Shown here piece by piece: positions 29,875 to 39,902 of a stretch of 64,000 nucleotides of DNA. How positions within the stretch are numbered: position 1 is the stretch's first letter; every line of letters starts with the position of its first letter. A program made the translations under genes and the position numbers. This DNA comes from a virus, in IMG/VR virus record IMGVR_UViG_3300005253_000098, positions 1 to 64,000 of that record; one strand, 5' to 3'. The notes beneath the pieces are model-generated. The model did not search any database. It saw nothing but the letters and a program-made list of their open reading frames with translations, and was not told where the DNA came from.

Positions 29875-31829
29875 TATCTGGTCTCAACTTCCAAGTAGGT
29901 CTCACAATTTTCTAAACAGGGATTCTTAACAACTATACCTTCCGTAGTAAGTATCCCGGTTACCGTTTGATTTTTATCATTCTGGCAGACCTCTTCACAT
30001 TGTGCTTGACAAAATTCAAAGCATGTATCTTGATCGAAGGTCGCATTGAGCTTGTATCCTTGACCCGCTGTTTGTGTGTTGACGTTCATTACTCTAAACG
30101 CAGATAATATTGCTAACATATCAGGGTTCTCTGATCCGAGGATCATTACCATTTTCTCTTTTGACGTGACCGTAATAGCTCTGACCAGTAGCTTAAAACG
30201 CTTTCCTTTCCAAATAATATTGATCATATCATTAAGTCGAATGTTAGGGTTGAACGGCACTTCTACATCTCCAGTAATAACTTCTTTTTCTAACCTGGCA
30301 AGTATCCCCCTGCTTGTCTGATGAGCAGTCTGCCAATCCTTAAGATCTGGATTACTGAATGACTTAGTTCTGATCCCTATCTTATTAATAGAATCAGTAT
30401 TTCTTTTGACAATATTAATCTGATGAAATTGAAAGCTTAAATTATCGATCCATAAATGACAGTTCGCTGCTTTCATACTATAAGTGATACCTGACATTCT
30501 GAAAATAATACCCTCGATATCATTAGCCTTTAGGGATACTGAACCGCTTGAGACCGGGTAAAGAACTAATCTTTTCCAGCCTTTATTGGGATAAATCTGA
30601 AAAGTGTCACCTGTCCTAATCTCTTTTGTAGCAATATGGTTAGCTGTTGGTGAGTTCCCATTGGTAAGATATTCCTGTCCATCATTTGTATTGATATAAA
30701 CCTGAAAAAGTGGGAATGCACAATCTACTACCGGATTCCTGGTTAGTCCAACCTCTCCGTGTTGATCTTGACTCCACCTAAATGATACTGTTATAGTATC
30801 AAGGATTAAATTACCCAGATCAACATCTTCATATTGTTTGGCTCTTTTGACTGCTGAATTACAAACATCTCCTTCGCCATCACTCCAATCGGCTGAGGTT
30901 CCTTCAAACCCGAATGAACCGGTCTGATTGGAGAAGTTACAGTAAGCGTTTATAGATGGAGTATCATTAATAATATTAATTCTGATCGCATAATTTCCCT
31001 CTCGCACCCCACCAGTATTGACAACTGGAGCATCTTGTTCTGGATCATATAATTGTATTCCAGCATCTGAGCTGGGGTTATAGGTTAATGACCAACCTGT
31101 AGGTGTTCCACCTGGGGTTCCGTCTTCAGTAAAGAAGTCTTTGTCACCTGGGACTATTGGTGGGACTCCACCAATGAATTTAACATCATTAACGACCTGT
31201 GTATTGTCAAAGCTCAGGGACTGAACCTTATAGGTAATATTATCGTGATAGGTTCCCGAACCAAGTGGGTTGAACCTGACTCGTTTTCTTCCATCTATCC
31301 AGATAGAGAATCCTATATCAACTACACTAACACTTGAACTATTAGCCAGTTCAATCAGAGCATCAGCAAGCGTTCGATTATTAAACTTCCATTTTTTGGA
31401 GGTGTTGGTAGCATCAACATAAGTAATATAATTGTAATCCGTATCTGTGCTTGTCTTACCAGTGTAAGTATTGAACAATTGTCTTAATGCAAGAGTTGCA
31501 TTGACGGCTTCTAATAAGAAGGGTGTGGTGGTGTTAGCTGCTGCCCAATCTATTAATCGATCACCAAGTTTACCCATTTCGTCCTTCCCATTAAACGTAA
31601 CAGTAGTTTCAGTATCATCTATTAATGTTCCGAATCTCCCAGAGAACATTGGTTCACCTCTCCATTCAATTCGCATATCCATCCCTGGGATCATAAACTT
31701 AAGCATGTCTGCTTCCATGATTACACTAAAGATCCCAACCTGATTTATGGCTTGAGTATAAGTAAAACTGACAAAATTAATTTCTATTTCTTCCATCTGT
31801 TGGAACTGAGCGAATACTTTAAACGTCAT
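29874..31829 (-). CDS. baseplate hub/tail-tip protein with C-terminal CxxxC-repeat tag
   Basis: follows tape measure; FSGRF...TFNGKD..GKL, DSINKIGIR, NPNIRLNDMI hub motifs; ends CFEFCQAQCEEVC...CLENC. Confidence 0.75.
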   Translation of the reverse strand: MTFKVFAQFQQMEEIEINFVSFTYTQAINQVGIFSVIMEADMLKFMIPGMDMRIEWRGEPMFSGRFGTLIDDTETTVTFNGKDEMGKLGDRLIDWAAANTTTPFLLEAVNATLALRQLFNTYTGKTSTDTDYNYITYVDATNTSKKWKFNNRTLADALIELANSSSVSVVDIGFSIWIDGRKRVRFNPLGSGTYHDNITYKVQSLSFDNTQVVNDVKFIGGVPPIVPGDKDFFTEDGTPGGTPTGWSLTYNPSSDAGIQLYDPEQDAPVVNTGGVREGNYAIRINIINDTPSINAYCNFSNQTGSFGFEGTSADWSDGEGDVCNSAVKRAKQYEDVDLGNLILDTITVSFRWSQDQHGEVGLTRNPVVDCAFPLFQVYINTNDGQEYLTNGNSPTANHIATKEIRTGDTFQIYPNKGWKRLVLYPVSSGSVSLKANDIEGIIFRMSGITYSMKAANCHLWIDNLSFQFHQINIVKRNTDSINKIGIRTKSFSNPDLKDWQTAHQTSRGILARLEKEVITGDVEVPFNPNIRLNDMINIIWKGKRFKLLVRAITVTSKEKMVMILGSENPDMLAILSAFRVMNVNTQTAGQGYKLNATFDQDTCFEFCQAQCEEVCQNDKNQTVTGILTTEGIVVKNPCLENCETYLEVETR

Positions 31830-31975
31830 TTATTGTATACTTCCCACCAATCCAGATGTGGATAATATTTCTGCATCAACCTTACTTGCCATGGTTCTAA
31901 TGTTTTCACGTGCTTAAGTCCAGCTTTGATGCATTTCCATGTTTGTTTTACATTAAACTTATATTTGGTAGTCAT
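31826..31975 (-). CDS. small protein (49 aa, not in ORF track)
   Basis: MTTKYKFNVKQTWKCIK...WWEVYNK; ATGA overlaps with both neighbours. Confidence 0.5.
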   Translation of the reverse strand: MTTKYKFNVKQTWKCIKAGLKHVKTLEPWQVRLMQKYYPHLDWWEVYNK

Positions 31976-34900
31976 GCCATTACCTGTTTTAATTTTTCAG
32001 ATATTTGCTTAATTGTTCTGTCTGCTTCCATGGGATCATCTGCTTTGATAATAAAAGTAATGTTCTGAGTAACGTTATTATTATTGTTTGTGGTGCTTCT
32101 ACCATCGGCTATACGTATAGCAGTATTTAGAGTATCTGCATCTCTTGAGGAGAAGACTGGTTCTCCTCCATGAGCAATAATTGGAACACTGCCTGCCCCT
32201 GGAACTGTTCCACCTGTTTGGAAACTACTAAACCACCTGGCAACGTCTCCGAGACTACTCCATGTTCTTTCCTCTATCGAGCCTTTTCCACTACGTTGCC
32301 ACCGATCCTGTTCAAAGTCTTCAATCAGACCCTTTGCACCAAAGGTAAGTGCATTAAATCCATCCACAATAACCTTGACGATAGCATCTCCTATCATAAC
32401 GATAACATTAGAAATGCCTTCTACCAGGATCTCCGGCGAATTTATTAGTATATCTGTTGCTTTAGCTACTCCATCGACCATTTCAGTGAACCCATTAGCT
32501 AAGTTATCCAATCCATCCAGTAACCATTGAGTTAATCTACCGAGATCGTCCCAGAGATCCTGTAGGTTAAGTAATACAGTTATTGCTCCAAATAGACCAC
32601 CTACTAACCTGGCGAATCCATCAATGATTCCTAATAAACCCTGTATCAAGACTACTCCTGCAAATCTTCCGAGTTCGTAGAATAGACGTAATATATCTCC
32701 AAGTATCTGCATAAGTGGATTAATGACACCCATAATTGCACCGAAGATTGCTCCTAAACCATCACTAATTCCAGTCAGACCTTCCATGCTGGTGCCAAGA
32801 TTATCAAAAATCTTGATCGTTGCTTGAATTGCTCCTACGAGTCCTCCTATAACAAATGCTACTACTGATATAACAATAGATGCTTTAGCAAGGAGTTTTA
32901 CAAATCCCATGAGTCCTCCACCGGCATCAAATAGAGCCTTGTGAAATACAAGTTGTGCTCCTCTTCCAACGATAGCAGCAGCCTCGGGTCCGCCTCCAGC
33001 TCCTGCAATGATCGGTCCGATGGTAGCACCAATGATTCCACCTATTATACCAGCCATAATCTTACTGAATCCGCTTGCTCCAGTTGCTGCGGCTCCTGCT
33101 CCCTGGAATCCTAATGCCATGGTTGTCTTGAGTGTATTAAGTGCAAATATGAATCCACCAAGAACTGGTGTCAAAAGCGAAATGCTTGCTCCTACAACTT
33201 CGATGGCTACTCCTAATCCAGCCAATATTGGCACAGCTGCAACAGCAAACAATGCTATCTGTGTTAATCCGGATGCTATAGCTTCTACAGATGATCCACC
33301 TGTATCACCGAAGATTTTATCTATTATCTTACCTATTCCATCAAATATAAATTTTATAAATCCAAATCTTATTCCTATCCTGTCCAGTAGATCCATCATC
33401 ATCTTAGCAAAGCGTTGACCGTGTGTAGTAGTTGCCTCTAATCCATTTGTGACGGCATCGGTCCCCTTGGTAATCCATCGGAATAAGTTGACTACATCTT
33501 CCAGAAATCTGGTTACTCCTTTTCCTATTCCCGCCCCAATCTCTTCAAAGAATGGTGCCGCATCTTTTAGAACATCTACTAATCTCTCTAAGACACCTGT
33601 TTGCATTAATTGTTTTCCTATGGCTTCTCCTGTGGCTATTTTCATCTCATCAATAGTATTGATCACTGCTTTTAATGCCAGATCTAACCGTGGTGTAGTG
33701 TCATTAGCAAATTCTTCTGTTATACCATTTACGTTTCTATTAGATTCTGCCAGTTCATCGAGAGCATCTCTATTAGCTAATATCTTCTTAACTAATTCTG
33801 CCTGTCTGGCTCCGAACAATTCTGATAAGAACCCAGCTCTGTCAAGGTCTGTTCCAAAACTATCATATTGGACTTGTAGTAAATCGAACTGTTCTCCCAT
33901 CGATCTAAGCTCTCCGGTTGCTGGATCGAGGAAGTCTCTAATATAGAGCTTACCCTTGGTAGCTAATGAATCCAGGACACTACCGAACCTTCTTGCTCCA
34001 ACTGAAGGTGGAATACCAGCCTGTTGCAAAACTCCGAGTGCTGCTGCTACATCTGCTAAACTGAATGAATAAGCTTCTGCAATACCTGAGACGAACTGCA
34101 TTGATGTTCGTAATTCGCTCAATGTAATGTTAGTTTGGTTAGCTGTATTAGTCAAAATATCTGAGGCTTTAGCTGCTGATAAGAATGTATCCTGTGGTAA
34201 TGATTCCCTGAATGATACCATGACATCTGTTAAGGTATCGACTGCTGTTTGTGTATCAGAAAATGTGGCTTTACCAAGTAGCACAGCCTGGTTGAATACG
34301 ATCATAGATTCTGCTCCCCTGAATCCTGCCTGTTGAACCTCGATAAGCATTTCTGCAGTCTCTTGTAACGATACTCCGAAGCTCCTGGCTATGTCGAAGC
34401 CGTCTTTGATCTGAGCCATTCCTACATCGAAAGCATCTCCGGTCTCACCCATAGCTATTCCTAACTGGATAGCTGATTTTTCAAGCTCGGCGAACGATTT
34501 GACTCCAAATATTGCAAATGAACCCAATGCTCCTACAGTAAATAGTATGTCTCGGGCTGTGAACTGTAGATTACGACCGAAGTTCCTGGCTTGTCTGCCT
34601 GCTCGACTGAGAGATCTTCCCAGGCTGTTAGTTTTTCTCCTGACTTTCTCCTGTTCTTTCCTGAACTTTACGAGATCCCTTCGAGTATCCTCTAAGATTT
34701 TCTTGTAGGTTGTCTTTCTCTGGGTGATCTTCTTTGTTTCCTTGGCAACTAAGGCTTCTTCTCTCGCCAAGGACTTCATCTGGATAGCAAATGATTTAGC
34801 AGCGGTTTTTGCGACAGCCATGGCTGTAGCCATTTGATCTCGTTTATTTCCGAGTTCCTCCTCTACTGAAAGTATTTTCTCCTGACTTGCTCCTACTGCT

Positions 34901-35715
34901 GCCATAATCTCAGTTTGATCTTTCCCAGCTTTATCTAAGGCTTTCATGGATTCTTCTACCCGTTTTCTAAACTGTAAGGCTGTTTTTGCCAATTTCTCGA
35001 ATCCAGCGGCGGTCTCTGTTTGCCCGGGGATTACAGTTCCCATTAAAATATTCTGCAATTGTTCCCTTGCTCCTGAAATACGAGCCTGACCTGCTCTATT
35101 CTCAAATGATGAAATCAGCATGCCTCCTTCTGCTTCTCCGGTTACTCCACCTTTCCCGGTTCTTGCTGGCATCCGTTGCGAGTCAAGCATACCCCTGGCT
35201 CTTCTTATTAGTTCCAATTGGAACTGAAGAGAGTGTTCTCTCTCCTTTTCATCTTTTATCAGCTTCTTAAGGACAATTTCTTCTGCCTGTAACTGTATGG
35301 TTATATCTTTACTGAATCTTAGACTCGCCTTCCGTGTTTCGAGATTGTGTTCAAGCACCCTTCTACCTGTTTCACTGTCTCTTCTCTCTGTTTGTATGAG
35401 CTGGTTTCGTTTCTTTTCGGCTTCTAATAGACGACGGACGCCAACTAATTCTCTCTGTTTCATTAGAACGATAAGATTGGATTTTCTTAACTGTATGTCC
35501 ATGTTACGAGTTTGTGATTCCGTCAGTATTTTGATAGAGGGTTTACCTAATTCCTCTTTAGCAAATTTATTATAAGACTTGCTCATTCGATTGATGGCTT
35601 TATTTACTGCATCGAATTGACCACTGATTCCCTTCAATCGGCTACGTATAATATTAGAAGCCTGATCTTCTCCAATAACTAAATCAATGGGGATTTCTAT
35701 TGATGGTGCACTCAT
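31972..35715 (-). CDS. tail tape measure protein (TP901-like core)
   Basis: 1247 aa helical; ASDILTNTANQTNITLSEL...DVAAALGVLQQAGI motif; FQTGG...IIAHGGE C-terminus. Confidence 0.92.
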   Translation of the reverse strand: MSAPSIEIPIDLVIGEDQASNIIRSRLKGISGQFDAVNKAINRMSKSYNKFAKEELGKPSIKILTESQTRNMDIQLRKSNLIVLMKQRELVGVRRLLEAEKKRNQLIQTERRDSETGRRVLEHNLETRKASLRFSKDITIQLQAEEIVLKKLIKDEKEREHSLQFQLELIRRARGMLDSQRMPARTGKGGVTGEAEGGMLISSFENRAGQARISGAREQLQNILMGTVIPGQTETAAGFEKLAKTALQFRKRVEESMKALDKAGKDQTEIMAAVGASQEKILSVEEELGNKRDQMATAMAVAKTAAKSFAIQMKSLAREEALVAKETKKITQRKTTYKKILEDTRRDLVKFRKEQEKVRRKTNSLGRSLSRAGRQARNFGRNLQFTARDILFTVGALGSFAIFGVKSFAELEKSAIQLGIAMGETGDAFDVGMAQIKDGFDIARSFGVSLQETAEMLIEVQQAGFRGAESMIVFNQAVLLGKATFSDTQTAVDTLTDVMVSFRESLPQDTFLSAAKASDILTNTANQTNITLSELRTSMQFVSGIAEAYSFSLADVAAALGVLQQAGIPPSVGARRFGSVLDSLATKGKLYIRDFLDPATGELRSMGEQFDLLQVQYDSFGTDLDRAGFLSELFGARQAELVKKILANRDALDELAESNRNVNGITEEFANDTTPRLDLALKAVINTIDEMKIATGEAIGKQLMQTGVLERLVDVLKDAAPFFEEIGAGIGKGVTRFLEDVVNLFRWITKGTDAVTNGLEATTTHGQRFAKMMMDLLDRIGIRFGFIKFIFDGIGKIIDKIFGDTGGSSVEAIASGLTQIALFAVAAVPILAGLGVAIEVVGASISLLTPVLGGFIFALNTLKTTMALGFQGAGAAATGASGFSKIMAGIIGGIIGATIGPIIAGAGGGPEAAAIVGRGAQLVFHKALFDAGGGLMGFVKLLAKASIVISVVAFVIGGLVGAIQATIKIFDNLGTSMEGLTGISDGLGAIFGAIMGVINPLMQILGDILRLFYELGRFAGVVLIQGLLGIIDGFARLVGGLFGAITVLLNLQDLWDDLGRLTQWLLDGLDNLANGFTEMVDGVAKATDILINSPEILVEGISNVIVMIGDAIVKVIVDGFNALTFGAKGLIEDFEQDRWQRSGKGSIEERTWSSLGDVARWFSSFQTGGTVPGAGSVPIIAHGGEPVFSSRDADTLNTAIRIADGRSTTNNNNNVTQNITFIIKADDPMEADRTIKQISEKLKQVMA

Positions 35716-36062
35716 CTTTTTCTTCTTTGATCCATTTTCTCAAATTGCCCTTTTTTTACAGGCATAACTTTCTTGGTTGACATTTTGGGTATTGGTCTAT
35801 CGGCGAATATATCTAACTGCCTTTGGATTTCTGGTCTATCTCTTCTTGTATCACCTAACAGGTGTTTGTCCCTGGCTTTGGATTGACCTGTTTTACTTCT
35901 TGCTTCATCTGATGCTTCAGTCTCTAACCGAATCATTTCTCCGGCGAGAGTCATATCGAAAAATAGATTATCTGGATAACGTTTGATCATTATAAGGACG
36001 GATGGACGCACCTGCCAATATTTAGCAGTTGCACCCAGTGACCGACCAAATTCACTCGTCAC
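35712..36062 (-). CDS. tail assembly chaperone extension (GT-like frameshift product)
   Basis: between chaperone and tape measure, in the +1 frame overlapping the upstream stop. Confidence 0.65.
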   Translation of the reverse strand: MTSEFGRSLGATAKYWQVRPSVLIMIKRYPDNLFFDMTLAGEMIRLETEASDEARSKTGQSKARDKHLLGDTRRDRPEIQRQLDIFADRPIPKMSTKKVMPVKKGQFEKMDQRRKR

Positions 36063-36525
36063 GAAAGGAATCTATTTCTGCTTGTGTTAGTTCTGGTAAT
36101 TCTCCTGTGGATGCCCATGTTAATATGGCTATTTGATCGTTTGCTGTAAGTATCCTGGTTGATAGCACTCCATCGAGAAGTTCTTCATCCTCTGCTGGTG
36201 GTTTACTAACTGATGGTTTGGTTATAATACGTGGTATATATTCGTCAGCCAGCTTTTCTAAATCGTTGTAAGCTTCTTTCTTAAAGTTACCATTCTTCAA
36301 CCGTGGAAGGTTAGAGAAACGATACGTTAGCATATTAGCTGACTTTGGACTTAATATTTTTGCTCTAAAGACAAGCCTTGATTGGGGTAACTTTATGGCA
36401 TAGTCTTTTTCAATTCTCTCCTCATAAGCCTCGGCGGAGCTAATAGGAGTATCATCTGCGACTATAGTAGCTTGGAATGGTCTCAAATCCAAGTCTTCGT
36501 CGTTTTCATCAAATTTTGTGGACAT
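36052..36525 (-). CDS. tail assembly chaperone (G-like)
   Basis: position between tail tube and tape measure; ends ...DSFRDE. Confidence 0.7.
   Translation of the reverse strand: MSTKFDENDEDLDLRPFQATIVADDTPISSAEAYEERIEKDYAIKLPQSRLVFRAKILSPKSANMLTYRFSNLPRLKNGNFKKEAYNDLEKLADEYIPRIITKPSVSKPPAEDEELLDGVLSTRILTANDQIAILTWASTGELPELTQAEIDSFRDE
36061..36069 (-). other. putative +1 programmed ribosomal frameshift site TCC TTT CGT
   Basis: in-frame UCC UUU CGU two codons before the stop; +1 slip reads TTC GTG ACG AGT into the 35712..36062 ORF. Confidence 0.65.
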
Positions 36526-36556
36526 AGTATATCACAACTGCCACTCCACGAAGGGA

Positions 36557-36564
36557 ATTTAAAA
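36557..36564 (-). promoter_or_regulatory. TATA box for chaperone/tape-measure genes
   Basis: TTTTAAAT about 32 nt upstream of ATG 36525. Confidence 0.45.
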
Positions 36565-36571
36565 GCGTTCC

Positions 36572-37663
36572 CTAATACGTATCGTAAAGTGTTGCGATAT
36601 CGTTCACCATTACAGCCAGCATTTCGTATTGATCGGGTATACCCGAGTAAGCGAGTCCATCATATAGATTGGTAACTGTTGGAGAGACCAAAGACTCATA
36701 CGCACGGAACACCATCGATTGAACCAACGCTCCACGACCATCGAGGTTCGGAGGACCGCTTTCATAGACCGTTCTGGGTAGATAGAACTTGGCTTCGTGT
36801 GCCTGAGCAACCGTGAATGCCTCGGCACTGGTCAACACAAAGGAGATCGAATTCTCGGCAAGGAAGGTCTGTGGTCCGGTTGCACCTGCTGCACCGAGGA
36901 ATTTCTCATATTCGTCCTCTGCACCATAGGCTGCACCTACATCGTCCTCAAACAGAAAGTCCATATTACCACCAACATCACGTCCACCCTCTCTGACCTT
37001 ATAGACTGTTCTTTGTCCAAGAACGTAATCTGGAGTAAGGTTATTTCCTATTTCGAGAGTGAACCTTGTTGCGTGTCTAACTGCGTGTGATCCAATATCT
37101 TCTCCTTCAGTTCCGAAAGCTAAAGCAGCTTCATGGAATCCGTAGAGAATACCGTGATGGAATGTCCCATCGAATCCATAATAAGTAGAAGTAATCGCAG
37201 TATCATTAAACTCGTCCAGATGGTAAGGCGTATCATAATCAGCAGTGGTAATTCCACCTGCCTCACAAGTCAAGCTTAACCTGTCTACACCAGCCCCAGA
37301 AATTCGTCTGACACCGAGGTCATCGAGTCCTAAGTCCAGTGAATAACTGGGGAGATTAAGCTCTGGGTAAAATACATGTTCTGTTGCTCCTGTAGTAGGA
37401 GTATCCGCTTCCAATTCAGTTGCACCCAATGCGGCGAATAGCATCTGCCCAAAGGTTCTTGCATCGATGGCTTCCGCAAATCCACCGGAATCCGTCACGA
37501 ATTTTCCGGGTGAGAATCGAGTCCTTGCTCGTGCAACTCCTGGTGGTTCCTGTAAATCGTTAGAAGCTTCAAATTTGGTCGAGTCTACGTCTTTAAAGAC
37601 CGTGTCAGGTGTTACGTAAACTCCAGCAGTCGTTTCTTTCTTTATTCCTATTATCCGAGACAT
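36572..37663 (-). CDS. major tail tube protein
   Basis: IGIKKETTAG start, LPSYSLD, GAGVDRLSL, FTLEIGNNL...GGRDVGGNMDFLFED. Confidence 0.85.
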   Translation of the reverse strand: MSRIIGIKKETTAGVYVTPDTVFKDVDSTKFEASNDLQEPPGVARARTRFSPGKFVTDSGGFAEAIDARTFGQMLFAALGATELEADTPTTGATEHVFYPELNLPSYSLDLGLDDLGVRRISGAGVDRLSLTCEAGGITTADYDTPYHLDEFNDTAITSTYYGFDGTFHHGILYGFHEAALAFGTEGEDIGSHAVRHATRFTLEIGNNLTPDYVLGQRTVYKVREGGRDVGGNMDFLFEDDVGAAYGAEDEYEKFLGAAGATGPQTFLAENSISFVLTSAEAFTVAQAHEAKFYLPRTVYESGPPNLDGRGALVQSMVFRAYESLVSPTVTNLYDGLAYSGIPDQYEMLAVMVNDIATLYDTY

Positions 37664-37727
37664 TTATACCACTTACATATATTATTTACATACATTTTTT
37701 ATTTGTTTGGCTATCTTAGGATTTCAT

Positions 37728-39902
37728 TTAAGCAACCCTGTGTTTACGGACAGTTAAAGTTATCTTGAACGCACTGACTCCGGGTTTAGCCTCACTGATA
37801 AATATCATTTCTGGTGGGGTTGTTATTAAATCTATAGTTCCATTTAGCAATGTCCTTGGAACACTATTAATGAATATCTCATTAAAGTAAGAGAATATCC
37901 TTATCTTTTCTATAAACTCTGTATCTGGATTGAACTTCTCAAATATCATTATTTTGATCGGGATGTTGTGTCCTGGTGTTGTTCCAATCGTATAGTATTG
38001 AGCACCTACTGAATCAAAGTCTATTACACAGTATGGATGCACTGCTCCCAGTTTCTCGTTCCCAATGAACACATCCGTGAACTCAAACCTCTCCATTTCT
38101 ATCTTGGTCAACTCATCAGATAACTGGACTGTCTTTGGTTCTATTACAAAATCCAACATGAGTTTTCGTAGTTCAATCAATAAGTTTGTATAGTTCGTAA
38201 AGACCTTACCAATTCTGATATCCGGTCTAATGACAAACCTGGTCAGGGTTCTTGATTCCCTGGCAGAAATAGACCCGATATCGACCGACCTGGTCAAACT
38301 TCTACTTTCTTGAGCAAAGCTTTGAACTATTAATGCTATTGCCCTTGATTCCCTCGCTGTTTGCTGGACAGTTCTTGTTAATGTTCTTGATTCTTGAGCA
38401 GTAGCCTGAACAATACGTGTAAGAGTTCTTGATTCTTTTACGGGAGTTAATACACTTCTTGTAAGTGCCCTGGATTCTCTATTAAAAGCTTGCACAGTTA
38501 AAGCTAAGGTTCTACTCTCTCTGACAGTAATACGAACACTCCTGGTGAGTGTCCTACTCTCACGAGCAATGATTCTAACTACTCTCGTAAGTGCTCTTGG
38601 TTCCCTGGCGAATTGTTGGATTATCAGTGCCAAGGTTCTACTTTTTCTATCCGTCAGTATAGCTGATCTTGTAAGTGTTCTCGATATTCTATCTGTTATT
38701 TGTGCAGTCCTTACAAGTGTTCTACTCTCACGAGTTACCTGTTTGACTGTTCTTGTAAGAGTTCTGCTTTCCTTATCAGTCAATATGACTGACCTTGTTA
38801 GTGTTCTTGAAACGCGATCGGATATCTGTGCAGTCCTTGTTAGTGCTCGGCTCTCCCTATCAGTCTGCTGGACTGTCCTGGTCAGGGTTCTTGATTCTTT
38901 ACTTGGAGCTAATACGGTTCTGGCTAATGTTCTTGATTCTTTCGATGCTAAGATTACTGATCGTGTAAGAGTTCTGCTTACTTGATTCATTATCTGTGCA
39001 GTTCTTGTAAGTGTCCTTGACTCTCTTACAGTTATAACAACAGTTCTTGTTAATGTTCTACTCTCTTTATCAGTAAGGATAACATTTCTGGTTAGTGTCC
39101 TTGATTCCCTATCACTAATCTGTGCGGTTCTAACTAATGTTCTTGATTCCTGATCCCAAACTTGCACGGTTCTTGTAAGAGGTCTACTTTCCCTATCATA
39201 GACCTGGACTATTAGTGCTAAGGTTCTACTGACTTTATCTACGATGATTACTGATCTGCTAAGAGTTCTGCTTTCCTTATCAAACCATTGTGCTTCTCTG
39301 GTAAGGGTTCGTGATTCTCGATCCCAAACTTGAACCTCCCTTGTTAGTGTCCTGGATTCTCTGGCTGATAATACTCCAGCCTCAGTCGTGACCTGTGCAG
39401 CTAAGGTCGTTGATAAGGCTGATCCTTGTGTTTCATCATAGAGTCTAAATTCGTATTGTTTATTGTCTAAAGCATTAGACATATCAATAAGAAACTGGAA
39501 TTCTATACCATTGTTCTGGGTGCCCGTTACCGAAGCAGTAGTATAAGGAGATTCAGTATCTATTTCGTGAGATTCGGAATCCAGGGTTCCAGACTCACAT
39601 CCTGCTGAATCTCCAATAGGATCATTATTAACTAATAATCCAGCAGACACACCTGTTCTTAATTCTCCAGAACCACTGACTAAATTAGTAAAAGAACCAG
39701 CATCAGTAACATTTCTCCACTGAAGAGTGAACGATGCCGCAGTAGGAGTATGCTTTGTTGAAACTATCCCATACGATAAGATTAGTTTATTAGTCTTGAC
39801 CCAACCAGTGACATCTACTCCACAAGCTGCCTCCCAAGTCATAGTAGTTGCATGATCTTTAGCAATCCTACCACCTTCAGAGTCGTAGTCAGATGCAGTC
39901 AT
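37728..39902 (-). CDS. fibre-like repeat protein fused to a putative tail-terminator domain
   Basis: 27 tandem ~14-aa repeats (xRESRTLTRxVxxx); C-terminal ~160 aa with HPYCVID...FKITLTV directly before the tail tube. Confidence 0.65.
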   Translation of the reverse strand: MTASDYDSEGGRIAKDHATTMTWEAACGVDVTGWVKTNKLILSYGIVSTKHTPTAASFTLQWRNVTDAGSFTNLVSGSGELRTGVSAGLLVNNDPIGDSAGCESGTLDSESHEIDTESPYTTASVTGTQNNGIEFQFLIDMSNALDNKQYEFRLYDETQGSALSTTLAAQVTTEAGVLSARESRTLTREVQVWDRESRTLTREAQWFDKESRTLSRSVIIVDKVSRTLALIVQVYDRESRPLTRTVQVWDQESRTLVRTAQISDRESRTLTRNVILTDKESRTLTRTVVITVRESRTLTRTAQIMNQVSRTLTRSVILASKESRTLARTVLAPSKESRTLTRTVQQTDRESRALTRTAQISDRVSRTLTRSVILTDKESRTLTRTVKQVTRESRTLVRTAQITDRISRTLTRSAILTDRKSRTLALIIQQFAREPRALTRVVRIIARESRTLTRSVRITVRESRTLALTVQAFNRESRALTRSVLTPVKESRTLTRIVQATAQESRTLTRTVQQTARESRAIALIVQSFAQESRSLTRSVDIGSISARESRTLTRFVIRPDIRIGKVFTNYTNLLIELRKLMLDFVIEPKTVQLSDELTKIEMERFEFTDVFIGNEKLGAVHPYCVIDFDSVGAQYYTIGTTPGHNIPIKIMIFEKFNPDTEFIEKIRIFSYFNEIFINSVPRTLLNGTIDLITTPPEMIFISEAKPGVSAFKITLTVRKHRVA
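38223..39365 (-). repeat. 27 degenerate 42-bp coding repeats
   Basis: counted in translation from ARESRTLTREVQVW to ARESRTLTRFVIRP; synonymous sites diverged. Confidence 0.9.

Noticed and set aside
33008-33946. Long plus-strand ORFs opposite the tape measure gene
   Set aside because: Antisense shadows of a strongly supported minus-strand gene; the same applies to 51970..52548 opposite terL
38223-39365. 42-bp periodic repeats as a CRISPR array or DGR template
   Set aside because: Repeats are in-frame, conserved at protein level with synonymous divergence, and have no spacers; no reverse transcriptase was seen
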